A DNA stretch of 64,000 nucleotides, from contig ML992513.1 in the NCBI GenBank assembly GCA_010093995.1, positions 369,203-433,202 of the forward strand. The letters run 5' to 3'. Shown here piece by piece: positions 37,815-50,139 of this stretch (positions are counted from its first letter, which is position 1; the number at the start of each line of letters is the position of its first letter). A program made the position numbers and the translations under genes. The DNA is from Elsinoe ampelina (Eukaryota). The notes under the pieces are model-generated. The model made no database searches, was not told the origin of the DNA, and saw only the letters and a program-made list of their open reading frames with translations.

Positions 37815-38750
37815 ATGTCACTCTTCAAAGCGTCGACTCCGGTCAGTGTGCTATCGAAGAAGCTCCTCTCGCTCCCACCCGGCATCCGCTATCAAGCCTT
37901 TTCCGTCCTCAATCGTCCGCCACCCAACTACCCCGGCCATGTCCCACTCACCTTCCTCGAGCGAACCGGCCTCGCCGTCGGGTCCGCCATCGCCTCGATG
38001 GTCGACCACTACAGACACGGTACACTTCCCCCTCTCATCCTCCCCTATTCCCCACGCCACCACGAACCCACCCCCTAACACCCACCAGACATGATAGCCG
38101 CCCTCGGCGAAGCCACCGCGCAACCCTTTTTCATCACCCGCCTACGCAAAGCCATGCTCTCCGACCCCACCGGCCGACGCATCCTCCGGGACAAACCCCG
38201 CCTGACCTCCACCACCCTCAACCTGCCCCACCTCCGCACCCTCCCCGCCGGCACCCTCGGCCACGCCTACGTGACCTGGCTCGACCGCGAAGGCGTCTCC
38301 CCCGACACGCGCGACGCGGTCCGCTACATCGACGACCCCGAGGAAGCCTACGTCATGCAGCGCTACAGGGAAGCGCACGATTTCTTCCACGCGCTGACGG
38401 GGCTGCCCATCATCGCCGAGGGGGAGATCGCGCTCAAGGCGTTCGAGTTTGCGAACACGGTGTTGCCGATGACGGGGTTGAGTTTGGCTGCTGTGGCGAG
38501 GCTGAAGGCCGAGGAGAGGAGGAGGTTTTGGGAGGTGTATGGGCCTTGGGCGGTGAGGAATGGGTTGGGGGCTGAGGAGGTGATTAATGTTTATTGGGAG
38601 GAGGAGATGGAGACGCAGGTGGAGGTGTTGAGGGGGAGGTTGGGGGTGGAGCAGCCGCCGGATTTGAGGGAGTGGAGGAGGAGGGTGAGGAGGGAGAAGC
38701 AGAGGAAGGCGGATGATGGGAGGGTCAAGCTGGAAGCGCAGACGATGTAG
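37815..38750 (+). CDS. COQ4: Ubiquinone biosynthesis protein Coq4
   Basis: Two exons (intron 38020-38088); [20 protein letters not shown] and the HDxxH motif [30 protein letters not shown]. Confidence 0.96.
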
Positions 38751-39769
38751 ATGTAGTGTGGCATGCGAGATGCGAGGAGGTGAAAGGACGTGGCATGTGT
38801 CTGACGGACGCAGGATGTGGTAGGTGTCTTTCAGACGGTAAGTGATCCTCTCTTGCCCATGTCCGTGCACCTGTTGTGTCAAGGTATATATTATTTCGTG
38901 CCTGTCTGGTGTTTCACGGGCGAGATAGGGGGGAAATAGTAGACGGATCGCACTTGTGTAGTTCGCCGAAGAGCCCTTCGTTCCAACAAAGGTGACCATC
39001 ACTTGTGGTGTGATCCGGAGTTCGAGTCTCGTCCGTAATTCATTTTTGCGCTTTTTGGCCGTCTCTTTGGTCTCAGATTGGCAAGGGGGAGGTGACATAT
39101 GGAAGCATGTGCTCGCATGTGATGCTTGGCGGTGGCGGAACTATCTCTTCACTCGCAGAAGTTTGCGTCCCTTTTCCGCAATTTGAAATGCGTGGCGTGT
39201 TATAATAGCATGAGAAGTTGATTCAGAGAACTGGTAGTTTCAGACATAGCTAATAACTACCAGATCTCTGACATCGTGATTCGAGGCTCACAGCTTCTTG
39301 TTGACGGACTTGTAGGTGCAGCAAGTCGGGACTTATCTGAGATAGTGTTGCGGAGGACTCTGAGTTATTGCGAACGGAGAGGTCAGCTATACTTCTTCCG
39401 CTCTGCGATCCGTTAGGGGCGATGCTGGTGGCAGCATAGGTCATGATCCGTTGTCATTGAGGTGGAGAGCAGTGTCGAAGAGTACATTCAACACGGCTGT
39501 TTCGGATTTCAGTGATATTTGGACAGTCTATGATACAGGTCTCCGCATTCGCAACACAACCTTGGAATCTGCTGGGTATCAGTGGTGTACAGCTGTTTCG
39601 TGTTCCATCCGGCCACCCCAGGCTTGGCGGAACGCTGAACGACATGTCGTTACCAAAATTGGCTAGCCAGAGGTCGAGATTAGTTATTTGCCATATAGTT
39701 ATTAGTATAGCTAAAATTAGTCGGTTTTTGAAGCTCAAAAAAGGTGTAATAGTTGTCTAGTTACTTCTA

Positions 39770-40740
39770 TGTGCTACTATACCTCCTTATATCGATAAGG
39801 CTAAGCTAGCTAACCTTATTATAATTTGTCCTTCTTACTAATAGCTATAGCAACTACGCTATCTACTACAAGCTATATATCTCTCGCGCGACTATTTGTA
39901 ATATTTAACTCTCTCTTAAATTCTTTAGAGAGTCTTATCTTTCTTTTTTAATATATATCTAGTATACTTAGTATTTTATCTCCTTCCTTAAAGCTTAGCT
40001 CTTTATATATCTTACCGATATACTAATAGCTTATCTCGATAAGTTATAAGATTAGCTATTTAAAGAGTATAGTAAGAGGTTTAGATTAACTACTATTTAG
40101 AAGGCTATTAAGTAGTAGAAGTAGTCTTAAAAGGTTACTTAGAAGAAGGCTATAGAAAGAGATAAAGTTTTATATATAGTATAGTTATAAAGGTGTAAAA
40201 GCTAGCTAGCTAATATAATTATTTACTTAGATAAATCTAGTTATAATAAGTGTACTAGCTAGAGGTATTATAGCTAGTTACTAAAAGGTGTTAAATATAA
40301 GAATAGTTAGCTAAAGACTTATACTAAAAGGTAAAGTATACTTCTAGCTATTATAACTAGAGGATACCTCGAAGACACGCTTATCTACTATAGCTCGATT
40401 ATAGGCCTTATCTTCTAAGATTAGCTAGAGTATACTATACTACTATAACTCGAGCCTAGTATAATTATAGTAATAGATAATATATTAATCTACTACGTAG
40501 AAGAGGTATAAAGAATAGTTAAAGAGTATAGATTATACCTTAAGTACTTACCTCCTTATTCGCTAGATTTTAATTCTATTAAGGAGAGCTTCTTAGTACT
40601 AAAAGCGTAAGTAAAGAAGTATTATAACTTAGTCTCTAGCTATTAATCTTTTAGTAAATTCTTAGCTTATAGAGTTAGTTAGTATAGTAAAAAAGACACT
40701 TGTAATTAGTTTTAGCACTATAGATATAATATAGAGTAAA
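39770..40740 (+). pseudogene. RIP-inactivated DD34E transposase of element A
   Basis: De-RIP YLDES (~40222), IMDN..IH (~40472) and YLPPYSPDFNxIE (~40545), with 34 codons between D2 and E. Confidence 0.85.
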
Positions 40741-42222
40741 TAGAGCAAATAGTATAAAGATAGAGATAAGATTAAGCCTATAAAAAAAAGTACTAAGTCT
40801 TTATTAAAAACTCTATACTACTAGTACTATATACCTATACTACTCCGCTAGCTTATATAAGCTAGATTACGCCTTCTAGTTCGGTAGCTAAACTAAATTA
40901 TACTAACTTATACACTAAGATAGAGCACTATCTAGCTTAGCTACTAAGATAGACTATTTTAATATTAGTATAAGAGTAGCAAATTAGGCCTATCTCGGCG
41001 GCTAAGCTAGATAGCCTATAGCGTTATTAAGTTAAACTCTTTAGCTTTATCTTCTTCTACTTCTTCTTCTCTTAAAGGTTAGAACTCTAAGGGTTTCTAC
41101 TACTTCTTAAACCTTAAGATCTCCCTCTTAATTCTTACTAGTAACTTCTTCTTTAACCTCTATAACTTAGTCTACCTCTTCTCTAATACCTTATAAATAC
41201 TATTAACGTTAAATTTAGCATCTCTAAGGTAGAGAAAGACTTATTTTAACGCTATATACTTACTCTAAAAGGCTAGCTTCTACTTAAGATACTTAAAGAA
41301 GTTAAATAACACCTTAGTAGTGTTAAATTATAAGTACATTAGTAAAGATAGAGAAGTAGCTACTATACTAGTATAAGGCTAAGAAGGAGATAGTATACTC
41401 TATGTATTTATATTATACACCTATACTATTACTAGTAAAGTTAATAGTACTCTACTACTACTACTAAGTAGAGAGAGGTAAGGCTACTTCTTCTTAGTAA
41501 TAGTCCTATTAGTCTTTAATTTACTTAATTTAAGTACTAGAGAGCTATAATTAGAAGAGTCTAATATAGTATACTTACTAGCTTAAGTAGTAGCTATCTA
41601 TATAAGCTAGATTAGACTATCGATTAGATAGTGCTCTTTATATCTATTAACTTAGTAAAGACACTTATAGTTAGAGCACTAATTACTAACGCACTACTAG
41701 TGCTTAAATAATAGCTCTTTATTACTTATTATAGACGACAAATTTAACTACTAGCTTATAGTTATACTCCGCTAACTACTCTAGCTTATATTAAGCTCTT
41801 TAACCTTATCTCTTAGCATAAAGGTAGACATAGTAGATATTGTTTCTAGCTATAAAGAAAGGCTAACTAGTATAGTAAGCCTCGGCCTTATACTTTATAA
41901 GGCTAGTAAAGGCTAAGGAGGTGCTTATAAAGTTACTAATAGAGTTATTAGCTACTCTAGCTTTAAGAAGGTATACTATAAATCTATATTAAGCTTATTA
42001 TAGCCTTCTTCTAACTAGCGCTCTAGATCTAGCACTAGCCTATTAATATTTAATTACTTGTCTACTATAAGCTTATAGCTCTAGTTCTTCTTTAATTTCG
42101 TATATAAGGCTACTAAGCTTATATTCTTTAGCTTTAGAAAGTACTCTACTATCTCTTTAGCCTTAAGCTTAGTCTATAAGAGTAATTAACTATATAACAA
42201 TTTAGCTAGCTCTCTATATATC

Positions 42223-45200
42223 TATTATGAACTGTCTAAATATAGTCTACGCTAGTAGTCTAAGCTAAGCTAAGAACGAGGTAGTTCTACTTCTATAGTA
42301 GTATAGTACTAAGGTAAGAGTTAGAGAAGGTATATCTTATAGATAATAAAGTACAATTAGATAGTATTATAAAGGCTAGCCTTAGTAATACTAGTGTTTG
42401 CTATCTAGACAAGGTTAACTATAGTACTTATATAAGGTAAGGACTATTCCTATATATATATGTTCTTTACTATATGCTCTATATACTCTATATGCTCTAT
42501 AGCGAGAGTTAGGAGTAATATAGAGTATACGTCTACTAGTAACCTACGCGCTCTATAGTTTTAGAGGTAGAGCTACTAGAGAAGATAGAGAACTAGGTAA
42601 ATGTCGGGCTAGGTTACGTAATAACCTTAGTAGTTTAATTAGTCCTAATGTCTCTATACTGTAGCTGTCCTACTAGTTTATAACATTACTCTTCTTCTTT
42701 AATTAAGTTATTCTAATAAGTAAGTATTCTTCCTTGTCTTTATACGCTATATACTAAATATGCCTCCTAGTTATTAAAGGTATAGTAAATCTAGTACCTC
42801 CGTATAAAAGAATCTCTCGGAGTTTATTAAGCTATTTAGAACTAATATGCCGTAGGCTTATTCTTGTTATAAATCGAAGGGGCTAAACTATAAGGTCTAT
42901 GTTTAGTTAGGTATCTATAGCTAGTATGTCGTAAGTAACTACTTAGGTTATAATATTTAAGTAACAAAATTAAAATAGTAGCGTCTCTAGTCTAAGTATA
43001 TTCGTTTACGAAAGGAATTAGTTATAGCTAAGACTACTAGAAGAGGAGCTAAAGAAGCTTATAAAAAGGCAAAAGAGGCTTATTAAAGAGCTATAGATAA
43101 TAAGCTTCGCCTACGCGAAGAGATATAAAAGTTAAAGAATAAGGCAGAGGAAGTAATCTCTTTAGAGGAGATCTATATTCGAGTCCTAGAGTAGGAGGAA
43201 ATACTATTATTAGTGGATCCCGTCCTACTATAGGACTAGTAATTATTTATGCCTAACTCCGACTAGAGTTCTCTATTTAGCAACAATTAAGGCACTTCTA
43301 TTAGCTAAGTAATCTTCCTTAGGTATTCTCGTTTTTGTTTAGTATTAGAAGTACTAGGTCCGTCTAGTTAGTTTACTTAGGATAGGTTCTTGATCTAGTA
43401 ACCTAGGATTACTTACGAGGTAAGGTGCTCCTCTAGTTCCTATATTACTTCGCTATACTAATGTCCCTTCTAGTAAATAAGATAGTAGCGTTTTCCTTTT
43501 ATAAGTTTATAACGTAAAATCCTTTTAATCTTATACTATAGCTCCTATGTTTCTTTATCTAGTTTAATAGGTCTAGGTATAGCGTTCTATAGTGCTCTCT
43601 CTAGTAGTAATATATAGAAGACTAGATAGATCCTTATATATCTTAGTAGTTCTAGTTTATATACGTTCTTGTTTTTCTTTTCTAGGATTTTAAAAGGTCC
43701 TAGTTTAGTATAGTTAAGTTTCTTACTTAGTCTTTTAGTCTTAATGTTCTTACTAAGGAGATAAACCTTCTCTCTCTCCTTTAGAATTAGTCCTATAATT
43801 CTCTTCCAGTTAGTAAACTCTACTATTCTTTATAATATAAATACTATATTATAGTATAGCTAGTCGTGTAGTTTCTTAATGTTAGCTACTAGTATATTAG
43901 CATCCTTAGATATTAGCTTAATTCCGAGTATATCGTAGTATAGATCTAGGTATATTCTATAGTTTACGTAAAATAGTAAAATTCTATTTACTAACTTTCT
44001 ATTATTAATAGCAAGCTCTACAAGTAGTAATAGTATTACTTATAAGTCTTACTTATAGTTTAGGTAGCATTGTAGGTACTACTCTAGTACTTAATTTGCC
44101 TATTTAGTTTGTCTGTCCGTTTATAGATAAAAGGAAGTTAATAGCTTATATTTAACTCCTAGTAGGTCTATAAATAATTACTAGAATTATAACGTAAATA
44201 GCTTATCCCTGTTAGTTATTAGGTCTCTTAGTACTCTATGTTATAAAACAATTATTTAGAGAAAGGTAAAGGCTATATCCTCGGTAGTTACTATTATCTT
44301 ATATAGTATAAAGTAGTAATACTTTGTAAATCTATCTACTAGGACTAGAATACTATTGTACTTTACACCTATAAGAGGTTCTTCTAATAGCAGTAGAGGT
44401 CCTATAAAGTCTATCGTAACTAATTACTATAGTTTATCTAGTAGTAGTAAGAGTTATAATAGGCTATATAGCTTATATCGTAAGTGCTTAGACTTATAGC
44501 ATGTATTATATATAGTAATATACGTCTTAACGTCGTTTTAGAGTCCTTTCTATAGGTAGTTTTATATAATAAGTTTAATAGTCTTATTAATCCCGCTATG
44601 TCCCGCTATTAAGTTATTATAGTATATTTAAATAACTTCTTTCTTCTATTCTTACGTAAGCTCCTAGGTAAGGCTATATAACTACTTTACCTTCGGGTAC
44701 TTATAGACTAAAGTGCTATCTTACTACTTTAGTATAGAGGCCTCTATTATTGTTATATTCTTTAAGTAGTCTAGTTATTAGCTAAGAGCGTCTACTCTAC
44801 TATTCTCTAATCCCTTAATATAGTAGATCTAAAAGTTATAGCTTATAAGTGTTTCTAACTATTAAACCTATTATCTATTAAGAACCTTAGTTATTGTCTA
44901 ATATAATAGGTTCTTATAGTCGGTGTAGACTTATATAGGTAAGGTTATTCCTTCTAGGTATACTCTCTACTTATAGAATGCCTCTATAATTATAAGTAAC
45001 TCCTTATTATATATGTCGTAGTTAAGTTTAAGTCTAGTTATTTTTTATAAGTAGTATATAATTAGGTAGCGTTATTCTTCTACGTCCTTCTATGCTAGGT
45101 ATACTTCTATTATAAAGTCCAAGGCATTTATTTCTAGTAGTACTTATTAGTCTAGGTCGAAGAGTACTAGGATAGGTACTATTATAAGTCTAAGCTTTAG

Positions 45201-48200
45201 CTCCTTAAAGGCTTACCTATATCTCTTGTTAAAGACAAAGCTAGTTTTCTTTTTTATAAGGTTAGATATTAGCGTAGCTACTTTAGAGAACCTCTTAATA
45301 AACTTATAGTAGTAGTTAAAGAACTCTAGTAGCGCTTAAACCTCCTTAACTGTTGTAGGTTCCGGCTAGTTATTTACTAACTCGATCTTCTTTAGATTAG
45401 GTCCGATACTATTAGTAGATATAATATAGCCTAGAAATTATATCTTATACTTATAGAACTTATACTTAGAGAGTTTTACTAGTAGGTCTTTCTCTTTTAG
45501 TTTCTATAGCACTTTACGAATATGTCTTATATATTTGTTATATGTCTTTAAGAAGATAATAATATTATCTAAATATACTAAGATAAAGTTATTAAGGTAT
45601 TCTCGTAGAGTGTTATTAATTAACTCTTAGAAGGTTATAGGAGTGTTAGTTAACCTAAAGGGCATAACGAGGTACTTATATAGACTCTATTATGTCCTAA
45701 AAGCTGTTTTCTACTTCTTGCTCTCCTTTATTTATACTTAATAATAGACATCTCTAATGTTAATTACAGTAAACTATTTAGCTCTAAGAAGTTAGTCTTA
45801 AAGTTTGTTAATCCTTAGTAGAGGATAGCAATTCTTCCTAGTAAGTATATTAAGTTTCTAGTAATTAATATATATTTATAATGTCCTATCCTTTTTTAGT
45901 ATAAAAAGCACTCCGTGTGTAATAGGTAATTTTAATAGTTATATAAATTCTTTAAGTAAGTACTTATCGATATAGTTCTTAAGGACATTCTTCTCTTATT
46001 TCGATAGTAGTATAAGACCTTAATAGTATATTAGGGATTTACCTTCTTCGAAAGGTATTTTGTAATTCTATAGTTTATATTAAGGTAAGGCTATAATACC
46101 TTCTCTTTCTTTAAATAAATCCTTAAAGTCTTTATATTCCGGTAGAAGTGCTTAATTACTTACGCTAGCGATAGCTCTAACTATTAGTTATACCTATACT
46201 ATTCTTATAGTTAGTATCTACGGAGCTAATTATGCTCCCTACGTTCTATAATTACACTTAGGGAATTTAAGTGTTTCTTTAATTTAGTCTACGTCTAGAT
46301 TATATTATTAAAGCTAGTCTATACTAAGTACTATATCGTACTACATGTCTACTATATCGATTAATCGTTTTTCTATATATGTTCTAATTTTAATTATAAC
46401 GTTTTATAGTTCCTAAGTAACTTTCCTATTCTTCCCTATAGAGGTTCTATCTACTATAGTAAGTAGGTAAGGTAACTCCTTCTAATGTTAATAAGGTTTA
46501 AGCTAATTAGCAATTGTTATAGAGATATAGCTATAGTTAGCTCCCGAATCTATTATTGCTCTTACCTTATTTCCTTATATCTAGACTTCTAGTATAAAGT
46601 AATTTAACATGTAGATCTTTATTATATTAAGGCTTTAGCTAGTGTTATTATCTTACCTTCTTAGGCGACAACTAGCTAGTTTTTTGTCATTATAGCGCCT
46701 TAGATAAGTAGTTAATCCCTTCCCGCATGTATCTATTATTAGTACTATATCTACTAGGTAAGTTATGTTTTGTCGCTATTTAATATAGCAAGGTAAACTT
46801 CTAGCGCCTAAGTCCCTTAGTAACTATAAAGTCTAATAATTCTCTACTAATTACACCGAGTAGTATTATACACCTATATTAGTATAACTATCCTCTCTAG
46901 ATAGGGCTAGGTGTTTATGTTAAAGACAAACGTAGGTTAAGTAGATTTATCTTATCGTGTTCTATTCTAGTAGTAGGTGTATATTATTATATAGTTTCTC
47001 TATATCCCTATAAGGTATGTCTTAAGTTGTCTACCTAGTAGTAGTACGTTATTATTGTTATTGTCGGATAAGTCTTTATCTATATTGTTATATTATAGTC
47101 TTTTAGTGTATTCTTCGTTATATTTCTCTTCGTCGCTACTACCCCTAGTATAGTTATAGTTAGTAAGGCTATACTAAGTATATTCTTGTACTTAGCTATA
47201 GAGAATAGTACTACCTATTTCGATTACCGAGAAGTCTATAGTGTATTTAAGACTAATAGTCTCTTCTCTAAGTACATTGTATAAGTAGATAGTATAGTAC
47301 TATTTATAATTTAGATTTGTACATTTCTAGAGTAATATATAATATACCTTTCCTTATAGTTTACTATAAGAGCTAAAGGTAAGGCTACTATGTTGTTATA
47401 TAACACTTGCATCCTAATACTTTGTTTTAATAATTATATATTAGTAATTGTCGCTAACTACCTTCTAAGGTTAGTCGATATTACTACTAATTATAGAGAG
47501 CTCTTCTAGGTTAGGTTTCTAGTCTAGCTATTTCGTTAGTTGCCTATGCTTAGATAGCTTATATAGGAACTAACTAGATCTTTACTTGTCTAATAAGTAA
47601 ATATAATAAGAGTTATTATAATATACTATCTATAATAGCGTCGCGTATTAGCTTTGTTATTTACTATCGGTCGTAGAGATATTAAGTATAATATCTAGAG
47701 AGGATTCTATTACCTCTTAAGTCGTTATAGACTCCTTCTATGTTTCCTTATCTATGCTAAAGGTTGTTAGGTCTTCTATAGTAGTGTTAGCCTTTTTTTC
47801 TACTAGCTCGGCAACTATTATATATAATTTATTAGCTAGTGCCCCTTATTAGTAGTCCCTAGCCTAATACCTAGGTCTTTTATACTTAAAATATAAATTG
47901 TCTCGTCTATACTTCTCTCTCTCTTTTCTACTAAGGAACTTTCCTCTATAGCTGTAGCCTTATACCTATAAGGGGCAACCTTCGCGTATAGTATTAAGTT
48001 CTATAGAGTCTCTATAGTTTCGGGAGAAATATATATATCTAGTATTTACCTTATATCCTCTATAACATTCTATATGTCGTTTATAAAGTTGGTTATTAAT
48101 AGCAATTGTAGTATCTACTAGTTCTTAGAGGTTATTAGGCAGCTCGAGTATTATTTAGTCTTTGACTAAGTTACTTAGTCCTTAGTAGAATACTAAATAT

Positions 48201-49243
48201 TTAGTACTATTATCCTAGTCTAGGTGTATTACGAGTTATTAGAACTAGGAATAGTACTAGGCTATAGACCTACGTTGTTATAGTTATTAGATCTTCGTTA
48301 TAGTAATATACTTCTTGTTAGATATATTAAAGACTTGCTTAATCTTTGCCTAAAAGATGTTAAAGCTCTTAAAGATAGCCTTTGTATCTAGGCTTAGTTA
48401 TCTATCTAGGTAGCTACTTATATAAGGCTTAAACTACCTAAAGGTAGCGCCTTTTAGGTGTATCTCGGCATAGAGGACCTTTACTACGTCGTTAATGTAC
48501 TTGTCTCTCTCTAGAGCGAAGAAGGCTTTAAGTTAAACAAGGAAGTGCCTTAAGTAAGCGTAGTCCCTATAGAAGAGTTCTACCTCTAACTTAGGCTTAC
48601 TTCGTCTTTCCTCTATACTAAGAGATCTTCTATGTTTACTCGAGGTTAAACTAGTAGTAGATATGTTGTTAATAGTAAGCTTTTCTAGCTTACTAGCGAT
48701 CGAAGATACTAATAGTAACTTAGAGCGAGAGTTACTTATTAACCTCGTAGCGTGCTATACTATAGTAAGAGTAGTTAAAATGTTATAAACTGTCTAAATA
48801 TAGTCTATGCTAGTAGTCTAAGCTAAGCTAAGAATAAGGTAGTTTTACTTCTATAGTAGTATAGTACTAAGGTAAGAGTTAGAGAAGATATATCTTATAG
48901 ATAATAAAGTACAATTAGATAGTATTATAAAGGCTAGCCTTAGTAATACTAGTGTTCGCTATCTAGACGAGGTTAACTATAGTACTTATATAAGGTAAAG
49001 ACTATTTCTATATATATATATTCTTTACTATATACTCTATATACTTTATATACTCTATAGCGAGAGTCGGGAGCAATATAGAGTACACGTCTACTAGTAA
49101 CCTATACGCTCTATAGTTTTAGAGGTAGAGCTACTAGAGAAGATAGAGAACTAGGTAAACGTTAAGCTAGGTCACGTAATAACCTTAGTAGTTTAATTAG
49201 TCCTAACGTCTCTATACTCTAGCTGTCCTACTAGTTCGTAATA
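42223..49243 (-). mobile_element. RIP-degraded Ty3/gypsy LTR retrotransposon 1, nested in element A
   Basis: 463-bp LTRs at 42223-42685 and 48781-49243 (consensus TGTTATGAAC..GTTCGTAACA); TSD ATATC/ATACC; RT VYLD(D)III near 45570; PR-RT-RH-IN order on the minus strand. Confidence 0.92.
42760..43300 (+). pseudogene. Antisense accessory ORF of gypsy 1 with Zn2Cys6-like spacing and coiled coil (RIP-mutated)
   Basis: ATG 42760; six in-frame TAT codons (TGT>TAT) spaced x2-x6-x8-x2-x7 at 42859-42951; E/K/R-rich helix follows. Confidence 0.65.
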
Positions 49244-50139
49244 ATACCTTTCTATTATAGTACTTACTCTTACTAACTATAATGCCTAATCTTACCTCTA
49301 CCTTACGCTACTTAATATCTATTGCTAAAGGTACTACCTCTATCTCTACCTACGCCGAGGCTAGAGTAATCTCCTCTACCTCTACTAACTAGTATACTCT
49401 TAACTTACTTAGTATTAGAGAAGTAGTTATATACTAGCTAGAGTATATAGCGTCGTAGTTAAGTAATTACATAGCTTAACTAGTAAGATCTAGAAGGCTA
49501 TTTAGATTGTAAGATATACAAGAATAGTTAATAGTAGTAGCTATAGATAACACTTATAAGTAGTTAGGGTTAATAAAGAGATATAAATAGCCTCTTAAAG
49601 AAGAAGAAGAAGAAGGTAATAGCGTTATTAGCCTTCTTATACTAAGTCGAAGAGTTATACTAGAGCGCCCTTATAGTAGCTAAGAGGTTTTAAAGCAATT
49701 ATCGTTACTATATACTATAAGTGACACCTTTATATAAAGGCTTAAATTAGTAAATATAGAGGTAATTAACTAATTATAGTACGTAGCTCTTTAGCTTTAT
49801 ATACAATTTATAGCGATAATAAGTGTATTTACGCTATATTAATCTATAACTCTTACTACTTCTCTACTAGCTAATTTTTGGTAGTGTAGTTACAAATCTA
49901 GTTACTAAGCCTAGAGTAGCCAGATAGAACACGAAATAGCTATATAGTTAAATTCGCTTTAAACGAGCTACCCCCGGGCTTAGTAATAGTTTATACCGAC
50001 CTTATGTTACTAGAATTTAGTAGCTAGAAGTCTAGATAGAATACTGTCGAATTAAAGCTAAATTAAAGCTTAAAAAAGATATAACAATAGCTATACTACT
50101 TAAATTAAGGTGTCACTATTATAGTTAACTATCGAATTG

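Larger units (their letters stand above)
40803..49450 (-). pseudogene. RIP-inactivated second ORF of element A, split by the gypsy at 42223-49243 (ends approximate)
   Basis: Collinear blocks shared with the second ORF of element B, including C-x4-C-x6-C-x7-H at 41631-41693. Confidence 0.6.
39590..49942 (+). mobile_element. Tc1/IS630-like TIR transposon A (3327 bp net of the nested gypsy), RIP-degraded
   Basis: TA at both ends; left TIR CAGCTGTTTCGTGTTCCATCCGGCCACCCCAGGCTTGG is the reverse complement of the RIP-mutated right end CTAAGCCTAGAGTAGCCAGATAGAACACGAAATAGCTA. Confidence 0.85.

Noticed and set aside
8550..38400. Apparent ~10-kb spacing of skew inversions (8.5, 18.5, 28.3, 38.4 kb)
   Set aside because: The intervals include a 4.7-kb retrotransposon with estimated gaps and the island, and two other inversions break the period.
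35272..38750. RDS3, ketopantoate reductase and COQ4 as a functional cluster
   Set aside because: Unrelated housekeeping pathways; the tight spacing fits general genome compactness.
39454..39738. 94-aa six-Cys ORF with a hydrophobic N-terminus at the AT-block edge, resembling an effector
   Set aside because: It has a TTG start, and its 5' half (39590-39738) is the left TIR and subterminal DNA of transposon A; the apparent signal peptide is RIP-derived Ile/Leu.
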